Assembly (NCBI GenBank): GCA_028534125.1
Contig: CM052817.1
Coordinates: 83,764,001-83,828,000 of the forward strand
Direction: 5' to 3'
Origin: Lama glama
Taxonomy: Eukaryota
Length of the DNA stretch: 64,000 nucleotides
The stretch's first letter is position 1. The number at the start of each line of letters is the position of its first letter. This document shows positions 57,823 to 64,000 of this stretch, in pieces. A program made the translations under genes and the position numbers. Below the pieces are notes generated by a model that worked only from the letters and a program-made list of their open reading frames with translations, ran no database searches and was not told the origin of the DNA.

Positions 57823-60800
57823 ATAGAACTGCACAATTTGGATTCTCCTCCAGATAGCTGATGTATTTTCTCGTACCAAAAAGAGCAATACTCAAGCCAG
57901 AACCATACCAAAGTGCCATCTATAACCTGCGTTCCTTGGCTTCCTGTTTACCTAAGCAAATTTGCAACCTCAAAAGTAATGAAATAGAAGCAGAGGACCT
58001 TTAGGGTCTAGAGTAGGTACAAACTAGGAGAGTGTTAATATAATGTGTTAGTGGGAGACTTGTGCATTTTATCCTGTAAATCAGGACATTCTTGACAGGG
58101 AAAGAAGAGGATGTTAATTATGCAGTAATAACAGACTTAAACTCTCTGTCCTAGCCAAACCTGAATTTACTGTCACTCACTTAATGAGGTACAGGGATTC
58201 CGTGCACAAAATTTTGCCAGAAAGTTTATTATGAGACATAGAAACATTATAGGAAATGTAGGGGAATATTTCAGGACTGCTAATCATGAATTTTCTGTTA
58301 GAACCTGCAGTTCTAACTGAACTGCAAGTGAGGCATTTTTACTTCTTCATCTCTTCTGACACACTTTCTTCCACTTTTGGGATGGTTCTGGCTTGGGTAT
58401 TGCTCTTTCTGGTAATCCTGATAAAGCCCTTTATTCAGCCAAAGCCTTCCCCATAGGAGAGGCCTAGAATAGTGTCACTGCAATCTTGAATTCCAGTCTC
58501 CTGACCAGAAAGAATTCTCCCCCAGTCCTTGTTTAAAGTTTTATTTATTTTGGAGACCTTTATTAAAATCATAATATGGTATTTAATAATTACTAATCTG
58601 TAGTCATGATTACGTTTTGCATAGTACAAATCAGCTTTCTAATACAATTTTCATTCTTTAATTCACAGAAATGTTGTATAAAAATATTGATTTTTTTAAT
58701 CTTTTTTCCTTAGTTTTTTTGACCCTATCAATCCTGTTTTGTCCAAATGTGTTTCCCAGAGACCTCAAATAAGCTTACTGTTACTCTAATAAGATGCTAT
58801 TATATAAATGATACATAAGTATGTTCTTATAAGAATGGAACTTTTGATCCCTTCAGAAAAGGAGATAATCATCTTACCAGTTTGCTAAATATCCTTTCAG
58901 TCCTTTCTATACAATTACTTCTATATAGAGCATTTTGTACATGCATTTAGAACATTTTTAATTTAAAGTATTGGTTGCTGCTTTTATTTTTCTTTACAGT
59001 CAGTTAGTTTATTTTTTTATAATTATAATTAACATTAGTTTCAGGTGTACAACATAATGATTCAATATTTGTGTGTTGTGAAATGATCACCATAAGATTA
59101 GTTAACTACCATCTACATACTTAGTTATGAACATTTTTTTCTTATAATGAAGTTGAACATTTTAAATTTCAGCTTCAAAAAAATTGCTGAGAAATGGTCC
59201 ATAAGTGTAACTGACATAGTCAGTTAAGCCATTTACGTATTGATCAACATCTTGATTGTTTCATACATTTTTATACACACCTCTTATACACGTTTGATTT
59301 TCTCTAGAATAAGTGAAATTGATATTCCCACTTTTACAGCATGAGAAGTAGGTTTTTTTTACATTAAAAAAACTTATTTACTGTGGCAAAATAGCATGTT
59401 ATGACATTTTCCTCTTAAATATAATAAAATATATGAAATATTGATAACTATCAATGAATTTTCTTAATTGAAACTTTCCTAAAGATTATGGTCATGAAAA
59501 TTTAAGTGAATAAAGTTGCCTCTGTTATGTTGCAAGTTTTTGTTTTCAGTATCCAGGCTCTTAAAATGAACCGTTTTCCTATTTGGAATTAGCTTCTTAT
59601 AGATTCAGATGTTAGAATAATATGCAAGAAAAGTTGTATTTGTATGATGTCTCACCAGTGATGTTTGAAAAATTAAAGTATGAAGATTACACACTTGTTC
59701 ATGTTTGTTTATATGTACTTGGGACCACTAGTAGCTTAGTTTTCTTCATCTGTCTGAAAAAATTTTCTTAATTAAAATTTCTTTATTTAAAGATTTTCAG
59801 GTTGTCTTGGTTTTTCAGTGTTAGGTTTTCTCTAATGACATGCCAGTGTAATTTCCTCCATTTTGGTTGGAACATGGGAAAATGAAACATTTCTTTTCTT
59901 AGGCTTGTTTTTATCTGTTCTATATGTATATATAAAATATATATGTATATATAAAATACTTTAAACCTGGTGGATTTTTTCCATGTCAATATGTACAGAT
60001 TTATCTTATTTCTAAAAATTTTTATATTTTGTGTAAATGTACCAATAATATAACTATCCCATATTATTGAATGTAGAGATTATTTATTTAAATACAGTTA
60101 TCAGCAGAGCTGCAGTGAGTATCTTATACAGACAACTTAGTACCTTGTCTTGATTCCCAGATAATTTCCCAGAAATGGAATTGCTTCATTAGAAAGTTTG
60201 TACATTTTAAATGATTGATTACTCTTGAGAGGTTCTACTATTTCACTCTCATTCCAACAGTATCAGAGAAATGTCCATTTTATCAGTATGACAGGTGAAA
60301 AATGTTGTAGTTTACATTTCTTAGAGCAATTGAGTGCCATTTCATGTTTGGCCACTGGTATTTCTTATTTGAATCATCTGTTTATCTTTTACTCAGATTT
60401 GTTTTTTTTAAAGCTCATTGTCATCCTTTTAACCAGAAAAGACTGGGTTGATGAGGTGGTCTGAGTGAGCAGCAAACAGGACTTCCTTCTGTTGGACTTG
60501 GAATAGACAAATATGTCCACAATTGGCGTTGCACAACTGCAGGTTCCCCTTCTACTTTTGTTGGGCAGTGTGCCCTTTGAAGTTGGCAGCACAAAGGAGC
60601 AGATTAGAATGCTTGCTCTCTGTGGACAGCTAGGTCCCAAAGAAAAGTGGGCAAGGTGCTAGCTTTGCAAATTTAATTCCTTTTCCTAAACTCACTAATT
60701 AGGAAACTTAATTTCCGTGGGAGGAATTGGAACTTGGGAACAGGAATTTTCTGGGGAAAGTCTTCCTTTCAGAAAAGTAAATTTACTGTGAGGGCCATTA

Positions 60801-62254
60801 GGTAACCAATATTAAGAAATCACTCTTTCCTATCCCAGAGTATTCAGCCACATTGGCCAACATAGTTTGTCAAATACCTTGTGATGAGAATAAATTACGA
60901 TATTGATAAACTAAATATCCAAATTGCAATGTGTACATAAAGATACTCCATTATTAAAATGTCGGCATTATACAGGCCACAGAGTTAAGTGTGGTTTTTT
61001 TCCCATTACATTTTTAAGGAGGAGTTAAAAGATGAGAGATTAAAATTTAAACAAAAGTCCAAAGTTTTTGAGTCCAAAAGAATTGACTGCAATCAAAATC
61101 TCTCATCCTTTTATTTTTAAATGTGAAGAAATAAAGATCGATTCTTCCTCTCCAACCCCTTTACTCACTTTTGGCTAGAGATTATCATCAGTGTCTGGGT
61201 AGAGTATGGTACCACATTCATTTTTAAATCATATTTGTAATTTTTTTGCAACTGATTTTTCTTAAATAATTATCCTTATGCACATTTACACTCATGTTTA
61301 CACATGTGTGTACCTAAAGTATAAAGAAGTATAAAGCAAATACCCATGTACTCACTATTCTGCTTTAGAAATAGAATTAATACAATATTCAAGATACCAG
61401 TGTGCCCAGCCCTGATGATATCTTGAGCCTTCATTCATCTTTCATAAGTACTCTTAGTTAAGTATTTCTGGGCTTTAACTCAAAGATTGCTTTATTTTAG
61501 CCTGTGAATTAGTCACTGCCATGATTTATGGGATTCATGTTTTGCTAAATTATTGTGTTTTCCATAGTTGCAGATCCCATGTTTATTCTACTTTTTAATA
61601 TTTACTTCAGGCCATGTTTAGCTAGATGATATGCCATCTGGTCATCATTCTAGATAGTGAATCAAGGTAAAAGGCAGGTAAACTTTATTTGGAGACTATG
61701 TGTCAACCACGGTGTTCTTATTCAAGATAGGGACAAGTGGTGGTATGATAGTCTTGTACAGACTTTTACAGAGATATGTTTCCATTTTTTATGGCTTGGC
61801 TCTAGATATAACCTATTATGGTTCCCAAACTTTGTTTTTAAGGACAAATAGTTTGAAGTTTTCTGACTTATTTTCTGGTTGGCTCTTTGATGAGTGTGAA
61901 TTTATTTGTATATAATATGTATAGAAAAATATATCCCATTAGGAATTTATTTACTAACTTTTCTGTATTAAAATATATTTCTAATTTTTCCATGTTGTGT
62001 TCTGATAGTGAAAGGATTGGTCTATCAGTTCAGTGTAAGTAAACTGTTAATATTTTCTACTTCTTCATTTAAACACTGAAGACCAGTTTTAATCTATGTT
62101 TAAAATGTAGTTGATTTCTTGTTAGGAATTTGTCTCAACTTTGGATTTTGTTGAAAATATTGACTACACTGACTTACTGAAGTTGGTTTCATAGTTATTT
62201 TGTTAAATATATGGAATGATATGGTTGTAAAAACAAGTCTTTTTTTTTTTTTAG

Positions 62255-62313
62255 ATCTCAATTCCCCCAAAATTATAAAAGCAGGAAAACCTAAGACAAA
62301 GAAATCCAACAAG
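62255..62313 (+). CDS. LARP1B: LARP1B exon 2: (D)LNSPKIIKAGKPKTKKSNK; coding in the long isoform, UTR in the short one
   Basis: Poly-T/AG acceptor, AAG|GTATGT donor, 59 nt, phase 1 to 0. Confidence 0.8.
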
Positions 62314-62342
62314 GTATGTCTTTAAAGGAAATAGTTTTTTTT

Positions 62343-62377
62343 ATCGCTTCTCGGCCTTTTGGCTAAGATCAAGTGTA
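62343..62377 (+). pseudogene. 3'-truncated U2 snRNA retrocopy (nt 1-35)
   Basis: ATCGCTTCTCGGCCTTTTGGCTAAGATCAAGTGTA equals the U2 5' end. 17-bp TSD TAAAGGAAATAGTTTTT at 62323 and 62376. Confidence 0.95.
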
Positions 62378-62733
62378 AAGGAAATAGTTTTTAACTATAA
62401 TGATTTCGAAAGGAACTCTTCTTAGATTATTGTGTATTTTTCTTTCCTATCATTGTTAGTTTAAAGTCATTATACTAGAGAATTGTAATCTTCATCCAAA
62501 TCCCCATATGCCTTTGTTAACCCTGTGTCTGTCAATTTAGTCAATGTCATTGTATTAGAAATTGGACTGTAAGACCAAAGCATTCTTCTTACAATGTTCT
62601 ATTGTTTGGAGAAGGTTTTAGATTATTTTGACAAATGAATACATACAATTGAATGTAGGTGATTTAAAACATTTCTTTCACTTCAAAAAATTTCTGATTT
62701 ACAGACATAAATTTTGTTGTTGTTACTTCTTAG

Positions 62734-62793
62734 GCTAGTGATTTCAGCGATATGGCGAATTGGCCAACACCAAGTGAATTAGTAAGCACTGGA
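62734..62793 (+). CDS. LARP1B: LARP1B exon 3: ASDFSDMANWPTPSELVSTG (conventional start ATG at 62752); the gene continues beyond the window
   Basis: cttag acceptor and GTGAGT donor. MxNWPTPSELVxTG is the recalled N-terminus of annotated LARP1B. Confidence 0.92.
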
Positions 62794-63349
62794 GTGAGTA
62801 TTGTTTTAAGACTTATTTTTAATAAAGAGAAAATATTGTCATTTCAACATGTGGAATTTGTTTTACTTCAAATTTAGAGAATTGCATTAATAAAATACCC
62901 ATTTTTTCAGATACCTTGATTTCATTCATCACATTGCCTTCATCTGGTTGTATTCTCAGGACCTTACTTTTGGAAGGGATTGGGTACCATGCTGTCATCT
63001 TCACGTAATACCTACAAATAGATTAATTTTTAATATAATGTGTGTAACTGAAGCCCACTTTGTGTTTCAGAATTTTTTCTATATATATATTTTTTGATCT
63101 ATCTTCCTTTCAATGTGTTCAAGTCCTAATTACACATATATACACACACACACATATATATATGTATATCATATCAAGAAATATTCATTGAATGGATTTT
63201 TGATTTAGCTATGAAAGAAACTCTAAAAGATGGTTTTGAGATATTCTATCAAAAGATATTAGAGGAGTAGCATACATGGTTATTTGGTTGCATGTTTTCA
63301 TTTGACACTGTACACTTTGCTGTTTGTAATTTGTGCATAGTTGTAAATA

Positions 63350-64000
63350 ATATATATAAAACAGCTTAAGTATTGTATAAGTGACATAATAAACTATACA
63401 TATATAAAGTTTGCAGTTTGGTGTATTTTGACTTGTGAAACCATTGGCACAAACAAGATAACGAACTTAACCAGTACCTCAAAAGTTTCTTCATACTCCT
63501 TTGTAATTCTCCCTGTTACATTCCCACTGTCATCCCAGGCAACCACTGATATGCTTTCTGACACTTAGTTAAGTTGTGTTTTCTGTAATTTTATGTAAGT
63601 GGAGTCATACAGTATGTATTTTTTTTTCTGGCTTTCATTCAGCTTAATTATTTTGAGATTTATTTATGTAATATGTATTAGTTGTTCATTCCTTCTTATT
63701 ACTGAGTAGTATTCCATTGTATGGATATAAGTGTTTATCCATTCATCTATTGATGGACATTTGTGTTGATTCCACTTTTTGGCTGTTACAAATAAGGCTG
63801 CTATACAAACACTTGTGTAGAGAATTTTCTATGGATATATGCTTTCATTTATCTTGGGAGTAGAGGGTTGAATATTATGGTAGCTATTTGTTAACTTTTT
63901 AAACTACCAAACTTTTTATTCCTACCAGCAATGTATGAGAATTCTAGTTATTCTGCATTCTTACTGGTACTCGATGTGGTCAGCCTTTTAAATTAATTTT
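63350..64000 (-). mobile_element. Old L1 3' fragment
   Basis: 'gttcattccttcttattactgagtagtattccattgtatggatat...ccattcatctattgatggacattt'. Confidence 0.8.

Overview
Mammalian genomic DNA, probably a camelid, inferred from five tRNA-derived SINEs resembling Vic-1. The gene order is MFSD8(-) / ABHD18(+) / LARP1B(+). The window holds the first coding exon of MFSD8 in a shared CpG-island promoter and the complete ABHD18 gene: one non-coding plus 12 coding exons that join into a 1395-nt frame (464 aa plus stop). A decayed RNPS1 retrocopy and the 5' end of LARP1B follow. The rest is mostly L1, L2, MIR, LTR and hAT relics and microsatellites. I found no wholly new multi-gene system. The best leads are RNA-level features: (1) an in-frame, LARP1-like 194-aa N-terminal extension of LARP1B controlled by first-exon choice; (2) an AT-AA U12-type intron ahead of a 28-nt ABHD18 microexon, with competing acceptors that give immediate stops; (3) a 5-codon uORF whose TGA overlaps the ABHD18 ATG; (4) a young U2 snRNA fragment 29 nt from a LARP1B splice donor; (5) an unidentified GC-rich insert inside an L1. 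Gene and repeat identities come from recalled sequences, not searches, and repeat boundaries are approximate.
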